This document shows positions 40,203 through 50,703 of a DNA stretch of 64,000 nt, piece by piece. Numbering within the stretch: the stretch's first letter is position 1; each line of letters opens with the position of its first letter. The position numbers and the translations under genes are program-made. The stretch lies in assembly GCA_965216315.1 (NCBI GenBank), contig CBDCFN010000016.1:1792001-1856000 (forward strand), read 5' to 3'. This DNA comes from a bacterium (GTDB taxonomy: Bacteria > UBA10199 > 2-02-FULL-50-16 > JAJFLM01). The notes below the pieces were generated by a model, which was not told where the DNA came from, did not search any database, and saw only the letters and a list, made by a program, of their open reading frames with translations.

Positions 40203-40687
40203 GTATCCTCCCTACTGCCGCGAAGTAGAAATCGCATGGAAATAAAAACCGTAAATAATAAAAGTCCTGCAAGACTCAGCAAAGTGATTCCGTTGGAACC
40301 GAGATTTAGAAAAAAAAGCTTGGGAGATACGCCGAACGCCGTTTTATCTGGCAGCAGGCTACTCATATGCAACAAGACAAGCCCCCCGAACAGCACGGAC
40401 AATAACAAACCTGTCAGTTGCGCAAAAGAAAGGCTCCGTTTGGTATAAAGTCTCTCAGGCCCGACCGCGCGAATAAATTGCACCGCTCCTGCCAAGAGAA
40501 GCATCATTATAATGAATTGAATCATGGCGAGTATGGGTGCCTGGAGGGCAACCAAAAGGATAATCATACCCAGCACATTGAGGAAAACTGCCAGTACGAT
40601 CTTGAGGGGGCTTCTCAAGACAAGTATGGCTACAGATGAACTTATGGCTGTAACAGCCCCAAGATTAAAGAGAATCCCCTCCCCCAT
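40199..40687 (-). CDS. nuoJ: Divergent NuoJ-like subunit (second copy)
   Basis: RSPL..L, LQAPILAMIQ; size and position. Confidence 0.7.
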   Translation of the reverse strand: MGEGILFNLGAVTAISSSVAILVLRSPLKIVLAVFLNVLGMIILLVALQAPILAMIQFIIMMLLLAGAVQFIRAVGPERLYTKRSLSFAQLTGLLLSVLFGGLVLLHMSSLLPDKTAFGVSPKLFFLNLGSNGITLLSLAGLLLFTVFISMRFLLRGSREDT

Positions 40688-40749
40688 AGTTCCTTATAAA
40701 GGTGAAGCGCCTATGGATCAAGCTAAAGCTTGCTACGAAGGATCACGAC

Positions 40750-42240
40750 TCAGCGCAGCATTTGCGTCGAGGCCTGGACCCACTCGGCGACTGGCTGCCA
40801 GAAAACACCCAAGTAAAGGGTCAGGATGGCCAAGGCCCCCAACAGAGTCGAATAGGAAAGGCCGGGTTGAGCCAACAAATCCTCATTTTCGGCCTTATCG
40901 AAGAACATGACCTTGACGACATACATATAGTAATAGAGGGCGATAACGCTGTTAAGCGCGCCTATCACCGCGAGGACATAAAGTTCGCTCGAAATAACCG
41001 CCTTAAAAAGATATAACTTGCCGATAAAGCCGGCAGTCGGTGGCAGCCCTGTTAGGCTGAACATGAAAAGGGTCATCGCAACGGCAACGGCCGCCCCTCT
41101 GGGCCCACGAGAGCTGAGCCCCGCATAATCAGCAATCTTCTCTACACCGAATTGATTGGATACAATGATAACGACCAAGAACGCGCCGATATTCATGACA
41201 AGATAGACAACCATATACAGCATAACGGACTCGACGGCCGCCTGATTGAGCGCCGCAAGTCCCATCAACATGTAGCCGGCATGCGCAACGCTAGAATAAG
41301 CCAACAGGCGCTTCATATTTTGTTGGCGCAAGGCAATGAGGTTACCTACGGTCATTGTAGCTATAGCTAGATAAGATAAAACGTCACTGATACCAATCGT
41401 CTTGATATCTATAAACTCGGTCCCATCCGCAAAAAAGAGGCCTATTAAGAGATAACGAATCAATACGGCAAAACCCGCCGCCTTAGGACCAACAGACAGG
41501 AAGGCCGTAAAAGGCGTTGGCGCTCCTTCGTAAACATCAGGGCTCCACATGTGAAAAGGAAACGCAGCTACTTTAAAGCCAAAACCGGCGAGCGACATAA
41601 TCAACGCTAAAAACAGTACGGCTCGATCCGTCGCGTTGAATTGCAAAAATTCAGCAATCTCATTTAATTGCAGCGTCCCCGTCAGGCCAAAAAACAGTGA
41701 AAACCCGTAGATCATGACACCGCTCGCAACACCCCCATAAATCACGTACTTGAGCGCCGCTTCCGTCGAGCGCCGCGCTGACCCAGAATACCCGGTTAAC
41801 AGGTAAGAACTAATACTGACCATTTCAAGCGCCAGATAAATCATCAAAAGATTTGACGCCATCGCTAAAAAATTCATCCCCATCGTCAAAACAAGGATCA
41901 AAATGTAATAACTGGGTGAATCGCTCTGAGCTAAATCTTTGGATCGTTGTGACAAGATAACCGTCAACACCGCCGCCACGCCGAATATATATTTAAAGAA
42001 TAAGCCCATCCCATCAAATGAAGCCATCCCCATAAATATCATTGCCGATTCTTTTGAATGCAAAGTCGCGGCCACAGCCAGGGAGATAATGATTCCAATT
42101 AAGGTCAAGGACCCGTAGATACTCGTCGACGGCTGTTTTTCAGCGCCTTTAAAGAACGTCAGAAAAAACAGTAAAACGATAGTCCCCGCGAGTACGATCT
42201 CCGGAAGGATAAACTGGATGCTTTCTAAATTCCCTAACAT
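40750..42240 (-). CDS. nuoN: NADH-quinone oxidoreductase subunit N
   Basis: EAALKY, FKVAAFPFHMWSPDVYEGAPT, KRLLAYSS, GFIGK. Confidence 0.95.
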   Translation of the reverse strand: MLGNLESIQFILPEIVLAGTIVLLFFLTFFKGAEKQPSTSIYGSLTLIGIIISLAVAATLHSKESAMIFMGMASFDGMGLFFKYIFGVAAVLTVILSQRSKDLAQSDSPSYYILILVLTMGMNFLAMASNLLMIYLALEMVSISSYLLTGYSGSARRSTEAALKYVIYGGVASGVMIYGFSLFFGLTGTLQLNEIAEFLQFNATDRAVLFLALIMSLAGFGFKVAAFPFHMWSPDVYEGAPTPFTAFLSVGPKAAGFAVLIRYLLIGLFFADGTEFIDIKTIGISDVLSYLAIATMTVGNLIALRQQNMKRLLAYSSVAHAGYMLMGLAALNQAAVESVMLYMVVYLVMNIGAFLVVIIVSNQFGVEKIADYAGLSSRGPRGAAVAVAMTLFMFSLTGLPPTAGFIGKLYLFKAVISSELYVLAVIGALNSVIALYYYMYVVKVMFFDKAENEDLLAQPGLSYSTLLGALAILTLYLGVFWQPVAEWVQASTQMLR

Positions 42241-42251
42241 TAACTTCTCGC

Positions 42252-43757
42252 CTACATTCCCAATGCTACGAGATACGGTTTCATAGCATCGTTAAGCCCG
42301 ACCAAAGACGTATTCATCAGATCCAACACGACCTTGGGATAGACACCCACAATAATGACAATAATCGCTAAGGGAGCGATCGACAGTATCTCGCGACCAT
42401 TCACATCGGGAAGACTCTTATATTTTTCATTAGGCGTCCCCAAGAAGACGCGCTGAAAGCACCAGAGCATATATCCCGCAGTCAAAACAACGCCACTGAC
42501 CGAAATAATCGTGTAGACACGCCAGGTCTTAAATCCACCAATGAAGCACAAGGCCTCGCTAATAAACCCTGATAACCCCGGCAACCCAAGCGCGGCAAAA
42601 AACGCAAGCCCGGTCAGAACGGCATAACGCGGCATAATCGACGCCAATCCCCCGAAACCATCTAAATTCCGATGATGCGCACGATCGTAAATAATCCCGA
42701 CTATCAAGAATAGTTGGGCCGTGATCGTGCCATGATTAAACATTTGCAGAACAGCGCCATTCATTCCCTCGGCCGTAAAAGAAGCCATGCCCAACATACA
42801 AAAACCCATGTGACTAATCGAAGAGTAGGCAATGAGTTTTTTGAAATCTTTTTGGGCCATCGCGCACAAGGCTCCATAGACGATATTGATCACGCCCAGG
42901 ACGACAATCAACTGAGCAAAAGTCGCCGTCGCGTCCGGCAAGAGCGGATAACAAATCCGCATGATTCCATAGATTCCCATCTTGAGCAAAATCCCGGCCA
43001 GGATAACCGAAATCGCAGTCGGCGCTTGCACGTGAGCATCTGGCAACCAGGTATGAAAAGGAAATGCCGGAATCTTAATTGCAAAACCGATGAACAGCGC
43101 CAGCCAAGCAACATTACGGAAGGTCGAATTAGTCAGAATCCCCGTATGCGTCTCCTGGTTGGCCAGCGTGACGAGATTAAATACGTTACCATCACTGTAG
43201 AGATAGAAGGCCAACATGACCAAAAGCATCATCACGCTGCCAAACAGCGTATAAAGAAAAAACTTAATCGCTGCATATTCGCGACGCTCTCCACCCCAGA
43301 TACCGATTAGAAAATACATCGGCAATAACATGACTTCCCAAAAGACGAAGAAAAGGAAAAAATCGAGCGCACAAAACACACCCATCATTCCTGAGCAAAG
43401 CATTAGGAAAAGCGAAAAATAGCCTTTAACGGACTTCTTAATATTCCATGACGCCAGGACACAGACAAAGGAGATCAGCGGCGTCAATAAAATCATCGGG
43501 ATCGAGACCCCATCGGCCCCCATAAAATATTCAATGTTAAAAGCCGGAATCCAGGGATAAGGCCCTTCGATGAACTGCAAGGATGTCGTGTTCGTATCAA
43601 ATGCCGCATAAAGCATAATAGCGGCAATAAGCGTAGGAATTGTCGTCAGCAATGCCGTCCAACGAATCACTTCTTCTTTTTCCTTGGGGATAAGCAAAAT
43701 AATTAATGCCCCGACCAAGGGAAAGAATGTTAAAAATGAAAGATAGGGGAAATCCAT
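42252..43757 (-). CDS. nuoM: NADH-quinone oxidoreductase subunit M
   Basis: FWEVML, KIPAFPFHTWLPDAHVQAPT, LKMG, FISE. Confidence 0.96.
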   Translation of the reverse strand: MDFPYLSFLTFFPLVGALIILLIPKEKEEVIRWTALLTTIPTLIAAIMLYAAFDTNTTSLQFIEGPYPWIPAFNIEYFMGADGVSIPMILLTPLISFVCVLASWNIKKSVKGYFSLFLMLCSGMMGVFCALDFFLFFVFWEVMLLPMYFLIGIWGGERREYAAIKFFLYTLFGSVMMLLVMLAFYLYSDGNVFNLVTLANQETHTGILTNSTFRNVAWLALFIGFAIKIPAFPFHTWLPDAHVQAPTAISVILAGILLKMGIYGIMRICYPLLPDATATFAQLIVVLGVINIVYGALCAMAQKDFKKLIAYSSISHMGFCMLGMASFTAEGMNGAVLQMFNHGTITAQLFLIVGIIYDRAHHRNLDGFGGLASIMPRYAVLTGLAFFAALGLPGLSGFISEALCFIGGFKTWRVYTIISVSGVVLTAGYMLWCFQRVFLGTPNEKYKSLPDVNGREILSIAPLAIIVIIVGVYPKVVLDLMNTSLVGLNDAMKPYLVALGM

Positions 43758-43770
43758 AGAACACTCCTAG

Positions 43771-45822
43771 TTACAGCGCTAGTCGCCAAAACATAAATAC
43801 CAAAACGCCTACCACCATTACGTAGACGTAATTTTGAATCTTGCCCGTCTGGATTAGACGTAATTCCTTACCACTAATCTGAATTGAATCGGCAATGCGA
43901 TTCACAATGCCGTCGACAAAAATCCTGTCAAACCAACCACTGATCCAAGAAATTATTTTCGTGAGAAAAGCCGAAAAGTTAACTATGCCATCTACGACTC
44001 GATTATCAAAAGCGGCTAGAAAATTCATAAGTATCAACACCGATTTGACGAAAGTCGCCTGATAGATCTCATCGACGTAAAATTTATTATAGGCCAGCTG
44101 ATATAAGCGTGAGAAACGGCGAGCCAGCTTTTCGGGAATATCCTGGCGCTTGGTGTAGAATAAAAAGCCGACATAACAAGCGATACCGGCAACGGCCAAG
44201 GAAAGGCCCATTAGGATATATTCCGCAATTGGAATTTCATGGTGCCCACCTTTGGGCACAGCCATCGCCGGCGCCAACCAGTCGTGCAAAATGTGTGAAT
44301 GATCAAGCCCAACGAGATGCCCTAAGGCTGCCGGGACACCGAGAAAACCACCAAGAATAGAAAGACCCGCCAAGACGATTAAGGGCACGGTCATTGAACG
44401 TGGCGACTCATGAATATGCGATTGAACCTCTGCATCGGACCGATTCTTGCCTAAAAAGGTCATCCCCAGGAGGCGGAACATATAGAAGGCTGTCATCGCG
44501 GCAGCGACCAGCCCGACGGCCCAGAGGATCTTATTATGCTCAAAGGCATGCCACAGAATCTCATCCTTACTAAAGAACCCTGCAAACGGAAAAATACCGG
44601 CAATGGCCAGAGTTCCAATCAGAAAAGTGGAATAGGTAATGGGCATCTTCTTTTTAAGTCCACCCATCACGCGCATATCCTGATGATTACTCATCGCATG
44701 AATGACAGAACCGGAACCGAGGAAGAGTAATGCCTTAAAGAATGCATGAGTAATAAGATGAAAAATGCCTGCAACGAATGCCGCCACGCCCATGGCCCCC
44801 ATCATGTAACCAAGTTGACTGACGGTCGAATACGCCAGGACCTTTTTAATATCATTCTGAACCAGACCGATCGAAGCCGCAAATATCGCGGTCGCAAATC
44901 CAACGGTGGCAACAACCGCCATCGTCTCAGGCGCCAGGATGAATAAACTCGACATACGTCCGATCATGTATACCCCGGCCGTGACCATAGTCGCCGCGTG
45001 AATCAACGCCGAAACCGGGGTCGGACCCGCCATGGCATCCGGCAACCATACATATAAAGGAATCTGTGCCGACTTTCCTGTCGCACCGACAAAAAATAAG
45101 AGTGTGGCTAGACCGACCGCACTCACACCAAACAAAGTCACACCTTCGAGCAAGGGGGCATACTGCCTGATCTCAGTAAACTTCACAGTCGGGTGCCCTA
45201 AACTATGCAGGGTCCAGAAGAGAATAAACAGGCCAACCAGAAATGCAAAGTCGCCAATACGGTTGACGATAAAGGCCTTCATCCCGGCCTTGGCTTTTTC
45301 AATGTCCTTATGCCAAAAGCCAATAAGTAAATACGAGCAGAGCCCCACGCCTTCCCAACCGACAAACATCAACAGGACATTCTCTCCCATCACTAAGAGC
45401 AACATCGCAAAGCTAAAAAGATTTAAATAACAGAAATAACGCGAATAGCTCGGGTCGTGATGCATGTATCCCACGGAATAGACGTGAATGAGAAAACCGA
45501 CACCCGTGATAACCATCATCAAGGAGACCGAAAGAGGATCAAGTAAAAAGGCAATATCCGCCTGCACATTGCCGATATAAATCCATTGCCACAGGTCTAC
45601 CGTGATCGAACGCGACGTCGGCGGTAACCCCATAAGATGTATTAAGACGCCCAGCGAAAGCAAAAAGGAGAGTGCGATGCTGCCGCACGCAACCGTATGA
45701 ATGAAGCTCTTGACCTGCCGTGCGCCAGAAAAGCTATAGAGCCCGTTAATAAGGGCACCAAGCAACGGGAATAAAGGAATCAATCCCGCTAAATTAATAC
45801 AAAGTTGAGTAAAGCCTTCCAC
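43771..45822 (-). CDS. nuoL: NADH-quinone oxidoreductase subunit L
   Basis: GWEGVG, NRIGD, GKSAQIPLYVWLPDAMAGPTPVSALIHAATMV. Confidence 0.96.
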   Translation of the reverse strand: MEGFTQLCINLAGLIPLFPLLGALINGLYSFSGARQVKSFIHTVACGSIALSFLLSLGVLIHLMGLPPTSRSITVDLWQWIYIGNVQADIAFLLDPLSVSLMMVITGVGFLIHVYSVGYMHHDPSYSRYFCYLNLFSFAMLLLVMGENVLLMFVGWEGVGLCSYLLIGFWHKDIEKAKAGMKAFIVNRIGDFAFLVGLFILFWTLHSLGHPTVKFTEIRQYAPLLEGVTLFGVSAVGLATLLFFVGATGKSAQIPLYVWLPDAMAGPTPVSALIHAATMVTAGVYMIGRMSSLFILAPETMAVVATVGFATAIFAASIGLVQNDIKKVLAYSTVSQLGYMMGAMGVAAFVAGIFHLITHAFFKALLFLGSGSVIHAMSNHQDMRVMGGLKKKMPITYSTFLIGTLAIAGIFPFAGFFSKDEILWHAFEHNKILWAVGLVAAAMTAFYMFRLLGMTFLGKNRSDAEVQSHIHESPRSMTVPLIVLAGLSILGGFLGVPAALGHLVGLDHSHILHDWLAPAMAVPKGGHHEIPIAEYILMGLSLAVAGIACYVGFLFYTKRQDIPEKLARRFSRLYQLAYNKFYVDEIYQATFVKSVLILMNFLAAFDNRVVDGIVNFSAFLTKIISWISGWFDRIFVDGIVNRIADSIQISGKELRLIQTGKIQNYVYVMVVGVLVFMFWRLAL

Positions 45823-45826
45823 TCCC

Positions 45827-46135
45827 CTACCCCTTCAATAAAGTCGCAGCTTCCACATCAATATTGTGGAAGGACCTGTAGATTGCGACGACGATTGCCA
45901 GAGCAACGGCCGCCTCTGCAGCTGCCAAAACAATAATAAATAAAGTAAAGACCGTCCCGGCAACCACCTGTCCGCCATAATGAGCAAAGGCAACAAAGTT
46001 GATCGCCGCAGCATTCAAAATAAGTTCAACTCCCATCAAGATGGCAATCGCATTGCGGCGGGTCATGACCGTATAAAGTCCTAAACAGAGGATGAGGGCT
46101 GACAAAGCAACAAAATACCCCAAACCTAAAGTCAT
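45827..46135 (-). CDS. nuoK: NADH-quinone oxidoreductase subunit K
   Basis: RRNAIAILMGVELILNA, AAAEAAV. Confidence 0.95.
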   Translation of the reverse strand: MTLGLGYFVALSALILCLGLYTVMTRRNAIAILMGVELILNAAAINFVAFAHYGGQVVAGTVFTLFIIVLAAAEAAVALAIVVAIYRSFHNIDVEAATLLKG

Positions 46136-46635
46136 CGTACTGCCCTCCTGACCAACACTACGGCCCCCACCAACGCGCCCAACAGGAGCACTGAGATCAC
46201 TTCAAAAGGAAGCAAGTACTCCTTGAGCAATGCATTCCCGATCGGTGCCACAACTGACTGACTCGTCAGCGCTTCCGTAGCTAGCCAACGAGCACCGGGC
46301 AACACCGTCAACAAACCAATAAAAAGCAAAAAGATAATCGGCACAGCCATTTTCCAATGGGCCGGCTTATTCGTCACTGAACTATCCGCAATATCCGCCG
46401 TCAACATCACTGCAAACAAAATCAGGATTAAAATGCCGCCCACGTATACAAGCAACTGCGTCACAGCGACAAAATCCGCGGCCAGTAAACCGTAGAGCAC
46501 TGCTGTACCCAATAAGGTCCCCATTAATGCAAAGGCGGAGTAAATGAGATTATGTGAGAAGGCCACGACACAAGTAGACGCCACCATAAATAGGGCAACT
46601 AAAGTAAATACAACTAATTCAATCGATGGCATCAT
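46132..46635 (-). CDS. nuoJ: NADH-quinone oxidoreductase subunit J
   Basis: QLLVYVGGILILILF, YLLPFEVISVLL. Confidence 0.93.
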   Translation of the reverse strand: MMPSIELVVFTLVALFMVASTCVVAFSHNLIYSAFALMGTLLGTAVLYGLLAADFVAVTQLLVYVGGILILILFAVMLTADIADSSVTNKPAHWKMAVPIIFLLFIGLLTVLPGARWLATEALTSQSVVAPIGNALLKEYLLPFEVISVLLLGALVGAVVLVRRAVR

Positions 46636-46636
46636 G

Positions 46637-47116
46637 TTATTCGGTCTTTTCCGCTTTAGGTGCCACATAGGGCACGATTTTTTCCCCTTCCGGGACAAAA
46701 TTAAATACGAGCTCGCTCATGCTAAAGCTGGCTTTCTCAAATTCTTTGGTAAAATGAATCGCCCCGGTTGGGCAGGGTTCCGTGCAGAGCCCGCAATACA
46801 TACATTTACCGAGATCAATATCAAATTGAGTCAGAAAGCGTTCTTTAGTTTCTTTATCTTTATCCGTCTTGATCAGGATGCAGTCGATTGGACAATCCAT
46901 CATGCAGGCCAAACAGGCGGTACAAATTTCCATATCCACCTTAAGCAAACCGCGAAACCGCTCAGGCAAAGCTTCGGCAATGGGCTTCGGCGTCTTGTCC
47001 GGATACTGAACGGTTACGGGACGCCGAAACAAATGGGAAAAAGTAATACTCATCCCTTCAAAAATCGAGGTCGCCGCATCTGAAATATTTTTAAAATAGT
47101 TTGTTACTGCCGTCAT
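46637..47116 (-). CDS. nuoI: NADH-quinone oxidoreductase subunit I
   Basis: TVQYP; two CxxCxxCxxxCP 4Fe-4S motifs. Confidence 0.95.
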   Translation of the reverse strand: MTAVTNYFKNISDAATSIFEGMSITFSHLFRRPVTVQYPDKTPKPIAEALPERFRGLLKVDMEICTACLACMMDCPIDCILIKTDKDKETKERFLTQFDIDLGKCMYCGLCTEPCPTGAIHFTKEFEKASFSMSELVFNFVPEGEKIVPYVAPKAEKTE

Positions 47117-47134
47117 AGCAGCTCATCTCCATCA

Positions 47135-48340
47135 TCAAACAAACGGGTTTAAGTGTATTTCCGCCTTGGAAAAACGCAGCTGATAAATAACCCGATATAG
47201 AAAATAAACAATCGTCGCTACCGCCCCAAAAAAGAGCACGTAACTGGCAAACAAAGACCCTGCGGGCAGCAACAACATCCACACGGCGTTGCCAAGAACA
47301 CAGAAAAACCCGAAGGGGACAAAATACTTCCAGCAAAGACCCATCAATTGATCCACGCGCACCCGCGGCAAAGTCCAACGTATCCAGATAACCACGAAGA
47401 CCACCGCTAGCGCCTTAACCATAAACGTCGCTAGCTGCATCAGATTCAAAAGAACCACGCTCTTTTCCGTGGCCCAACTCGCCACGTCCGGCGGCAATTG
47501 CCAGCCACCTAGAAAAAGCGCCGTACTCACTGCCGCGATCAAGTAAAGATTTGCCCATTCTTCCAGAAAAAAAAGCGCAAAACGCATTCCCGAATATTCC
47601 GTATTGTAACCAGACACCAACTCACTCTCGGCCTCGGGTAAGTCAAAAGGTGTCCGATTCCCTTCTGCGAGCGCGGCAATAAAAACGATAAAGAAAGTAA
47701 TCACCGTAAACGGACTCTGAAACAAGTACCACTGCCAGGGATAAGCTCCCTGCCCGCCAATAATTCCTTGGAAAGAAAGAGTGCCGGACAACATTACAAT
47801 GACGAGAATCCCCAATGCCAATGGAATTTCGTAACTGATCACCTGGGCCGCAGAACGCATGGCTCCAAGTAGCGACCATTTGTTATTTGAAGACCATCCA
47901 CTCATGATCACACCGACCGTCACAATACTCGTCACCGCAATCATGTAAAAAATACCGACATTAAGATCGGCAACAATGACTTTGCTACTGAAAGGGATTG
48001 TAACAAAGGCCGCAAACATTCCGATCAATACAAGATAAGGCCCCAGACGAAACAGTAATGGATCCGCGGCACGCGGGATGATATCTTCTTTGAGTAGAGC
48101 TTTAAGTCCATCGGCAATCCACTGGAGTATGCCTTGGGGCCCCACCCGGTTCGGCCCAACGCGACTCATCATCCGCGCCGCGACACGCCTTTCGATAAAA
48201 CTCGTAATGCCTGCAAATGGCGCCACAAAAAGCATCAGCATGGCCAAGGCCGCCGCAAACTGCAGTCCGAGATGAATCGCCCACGACACATCCTTCAACG
48301 CAGGTGCCTTTTCGACAATGATGTTGACCAGTGCTTCCAT
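47135..48340 (-). CDS. nuoH: NADH-quinone oxidoreductase subunit H
   Basis: ERRV...GPNRVGP, NRTPFDLPEAESELVSGYNTEYS. Confidence 0.96.
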   Translation of the reverse strand: MEALVNIIVEKAPALKDVSWAIHLGLQFAAALAMLMLFVAPFAGITSFIERRVAARMMSRVGPNRVGPQGILQWIADGLKALLKEDIIPRAADPLLFRLGPYLVLIGMFAAFVTIPFSSKVIVADLNVGIFYMIAVTSIVTVGVIMSGWSSNNKWSLLGAMRSAAQVISYEIPLALGILVIVMLSGTLSFQGIIGGQGAYPWQWYLFQSPFTVITFFIVFIAALAEGNRTPFDLPEAESELVSGYNTEYSGMRFALFFLEEWANLYLIAAVSTALFLGGWQLPPDVASWATEKSVVLLNLMQLATFMVKALAVVFVVIWIRWTLPRVRVDQLMGLCWKYFVPFGFFCVLGNAVWMLLLPAGSLFASYVLFFGAVATIVYFLYRVIYQLRFSKAEIHLNPFV

Positions 48341-48342
48341 AT

Positions 48343-49488
48343 TTACCTGTCTATCTCCGGAGCGACGACATCCAGACTTGCAATAAAAGCAATCAAATCA
48401 GCCACCATCATGCCGCGACTGATCTTTTCACATATGGCCATCGCCGTATAAGAGCTCGTTCTAAACCGGAGCCGATAGGGTTTGTCACTCCCATCACTGA
48501 CTAGATAGACGCCCAAATCACCGCGAGTACTTTCCGTCCTGACATAGACTTCACCCTTGGGGGGCCGTAATTTGCGGGGGACCTTTGACAAAAAATCCCC
48601 CGCCGGCATCAGCTCAAAACACTGTCGAAGTATCTTGACTGATTCGCCCATCTCACGAATGCGAACATCATAACGATCGAAACAATCGCCAACCGTTCCC
48701 GCATCTCCGCGACCCACCTGAACATCAAAAGCAAGTTCCGGGTACACCGAGTAAGGAATATCCTTACGGAGATCCCATTTGACCCCCGAACCCCTTAAGT
48801 TAGGACCTACTAGGTTGTAAGCAATCGCGTCTTCCTTGGAAATGACACCAACATTGCCTAAGCGTTTGCGAAAAATCTTATTACCGGTCAAAAACCGATC
48901 GTATTCATCGAGAATCAGCTCGAAACGATCGAGAGCTTTCAGAAGCCGCTCTGCAAAGCCATCCGGCAGATCAAAAATAACGCCACCGATACGCGCATAG
49001 TTGTACGTAATCCGTTGCCCACACAACTCCTCGATAAAATTATTAAAAATCTCGCGTTCTCTGAGAGCGTGAATAAAAGGGGTGTAAGCGCCCACATCCA
49101 TTCCGACGCTACCAACAGACAAAAGATGCGAAACGATGCGGTTTAATTCCGCCGCGATCACTCTCAAGAACTCACCACGCCGTGGCACTTCAATGCTGGC
49201 AAGCTTTTCGACCGCCATCGCATACGCAATATTGGCATTCATGGCGGCCAGATAATCCACCCGGTCCGTCCAGGGCATGAATCCATTATAGGTCGCTTGC
49301 TCGGCAATCTTTTCAATGGAACGATGGAGATACCCTATTTCCGGTACTGCTTTGCTCATGACCTCGCCATCGGTATGGACAACAAAACGTATCACCCCGT
49401 GGGTACTCGGATGATGGGGCCCCATGTTCAGGACCATGTCTTGTTCGCGATCCGCTGGCTCAGCGGTATTTGGCATTATTGTTGTCAT
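48343..49488 (-). CDS. nuoD: NADH-quinone oxidoreductase subunit D
   Basis: [22 protein letters not shown], terminal EIDR; no NiFe CxxC motifs. Confidence 0.95.
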   Translation of the reverse strand: MTTIMPNTAEPADREQDMVLNMGPHHPSTHGVIRFVVHTDGEVMSKAVPEIGYLHRSIEKIAEQATYNGFMPWTDRVDYLAAMNANIAYAMAVEKLASIEVPRRGEFLRVIAAELNRIVSHLLSVGSVGMDVGAYTPFIHALREREIFNNFIEELCGQRITYNYARIGGVIFDLPDGFAERLLKALDRFELILDEYDRFLTGNKIFRKRLGNVGVISKEDAIAYNLVGPNLRGSGVKWDLRKDIPYSVYPELAFDVQVGRGDAGTVGDCFDRYDVRIREMGESVKILRQCFELMPAGDFLSKVPRKLRPPKGEVYVRTESTRGDLGVYLVSDGSDKPYRLRFRTSSYTAMAICEKISRGMMVADLIAFIASLDVVAPEIDR

Positions 49489-49493
49489 ATGGT

Positions 49494-49643
49494 TTATTGG
49501 AGTAATGATGTCCGTGTTGTGCTGATTCCGTGGTAGTCTTCCGCGGCTTTAATAGGGGCTTGCGTCGCCCCCTCCAGAAGCAAAGCTCCTGGAGCCTCCC
49601 CCTCTCGCTCGCGTTGCTCGCTATACGACATTCTGTAATCCAT
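49494..49643 (-). CDS. Possible 49-aa ORF: palindromic repeat fused in frame to a duplicate NuoC C-terminus
   Basis: Translates as [49 protein letters not shown]. Confidence 0.35.
   Translation of the reverse strand: MDYRMSYSEQREREGEAPGALLLEGATQAPIKAAEDYHGISTTRTSLLQ
49553..49623. repeat. 71-bp REP/MITE-like palindromic element, copy 1
   Basis: Nearly identical to 52774-52844; two hairpins. Confidence 0.9.
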
Positions 49644-49648
49644 GCCGA

Positions 49649-50176
49649 TCATTGCAGCAACGATGTCCTTGTAGTACTGATTCCGTGATAATCTTCCGCT
49701 TCCTTATAATCTTTTCTTAAGGGGTGGCCGGGCCAATCATCAGGCATCATGATGCGCCGCATATCGCTATGACCATCAAAAACAATTCCGAATAAATCGT
49801 AGATTTCACGTTCAAACCAGTTGGCTATCGGCCAAACGGCTTCAACTGTCGGGACTTTTGGAGTGCCCTCATGAGTCAAAACAACTTTAAAGGCAATACT
49901 ATGCCCGTGTTTATAAGAAAAAAGATTGTAGACAACTTCAAACGACTCTTTGCGATCAATCGCCGTCTGATCACTTAAGCAATCAAAGTCAAAGCTATCC
50001 ATCACTTTCATCAGTTCGCATACATCTTTGATTCGCGCCGCAGGAATAACGATGTATGTATCACCCGCATGCCCCGGCTCATCCTTGGCGGGGGCAGGAA
50101 TCTGCCCTTCGCAGAGTTGAAACTCATCGTCTGGAAATTTCTCTTTGATTGCTTTTAAGATTTCTTGAGTCATCAT
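49649..50176 (-). CDS. nuoC: NADH-quinone oxidoreductase subunit C
   Basis: ANWFEREIYDLFGIVFDGH, GHPLRKDY. Confidence 0.95.
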   Translation of the reverse strand: MMTQEILKAIKEKFPDDEFQLCEGQIPAPAKDEPGHAGDTYIVIPAARIKDVCELMKVMDSFDFDCLSDQTAIDRKESFEVVYNLFSYKHGHSIAFKVVLTHEGTPKVPTVEAVWPIANWFEREIYDLFGIVFDGHSDMRRIMMPDDWPGHPLRKDYKEAEDYHGISTTRTSLLQ

Positions 50177-50193
50177 ACTCTGCAAATTCTTCG

Positions 50194-50688
50194 CTAAGCT
50201 GCTTGAGTCCGCCGCACCAGAAATTTTTCCTTGCGCATTTTTTCTTGTATCTTGAGTAAGCCTTCTGTCAGGGCCTCGGGACGTGGGGGGCAACCCGGCA
50301 CGTAGACATCAACCGGAATAATCTTGTCGACACCTTTCACAACTGAGTAGGCTGGTTGAAACAAGCCACCACAGTTAGAGCAACTGCCCATCGAAATCAC
50401 GTATTTTGGTTCAGCCATCTGGTCATATAAAAGCTTGGTTCGAAGCGCCATCTTGTAGGTGAGCGTTCCAGCAACAATCAATAGATCCGATTGTCGCGGC
50501 GTCGCCCTTGGCACGGAACCAAAACGATCCAGATCCGCTCGAGGGCCACCCGTCTGCATCAGTTCAATGGCGCAACAAGCAAGTCCAAAGAGGAGATACC
50601 ACAACGAAGAGGCCCGGCCCCAATTGATCACATCATCGAGTTTGGTTGTGATCAAAGTATCCGGCAGTTGATTCTTAAGCGTAAACAT
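50194..50688 (-). CDS. nuoB: NADH-quinone oxidoreductase subunit B
   Basis: [22 protein letters not shown]. Confidence 0.96.
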   Translation of the reverse strand: MFTLKNQLPDTLITTKLDDVINWGRASSLWYLLFGLACCAIELMQTGGPRADLDRFGSVPRATPRQSDLLIVAGTLTYKMALRTKLLYDQMAEPKYVISMGSCSNCGGLFQPAYSVVKGVDKIIPVDVYVPGCPPRPEALTEGLLKIQEKMRKEKFLVRRTQAA

Positions 50689-50703
50689 CTCGCACTCCCC
50701 AAC

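Noticed and set aside
48343..50688. Group 4 NiFe hydrogenase interpretation of the EFG-less operon
   Set aside because: NuoD lacks Ni-binding CxxC motifs, and NuoB has the complex I tandem CC
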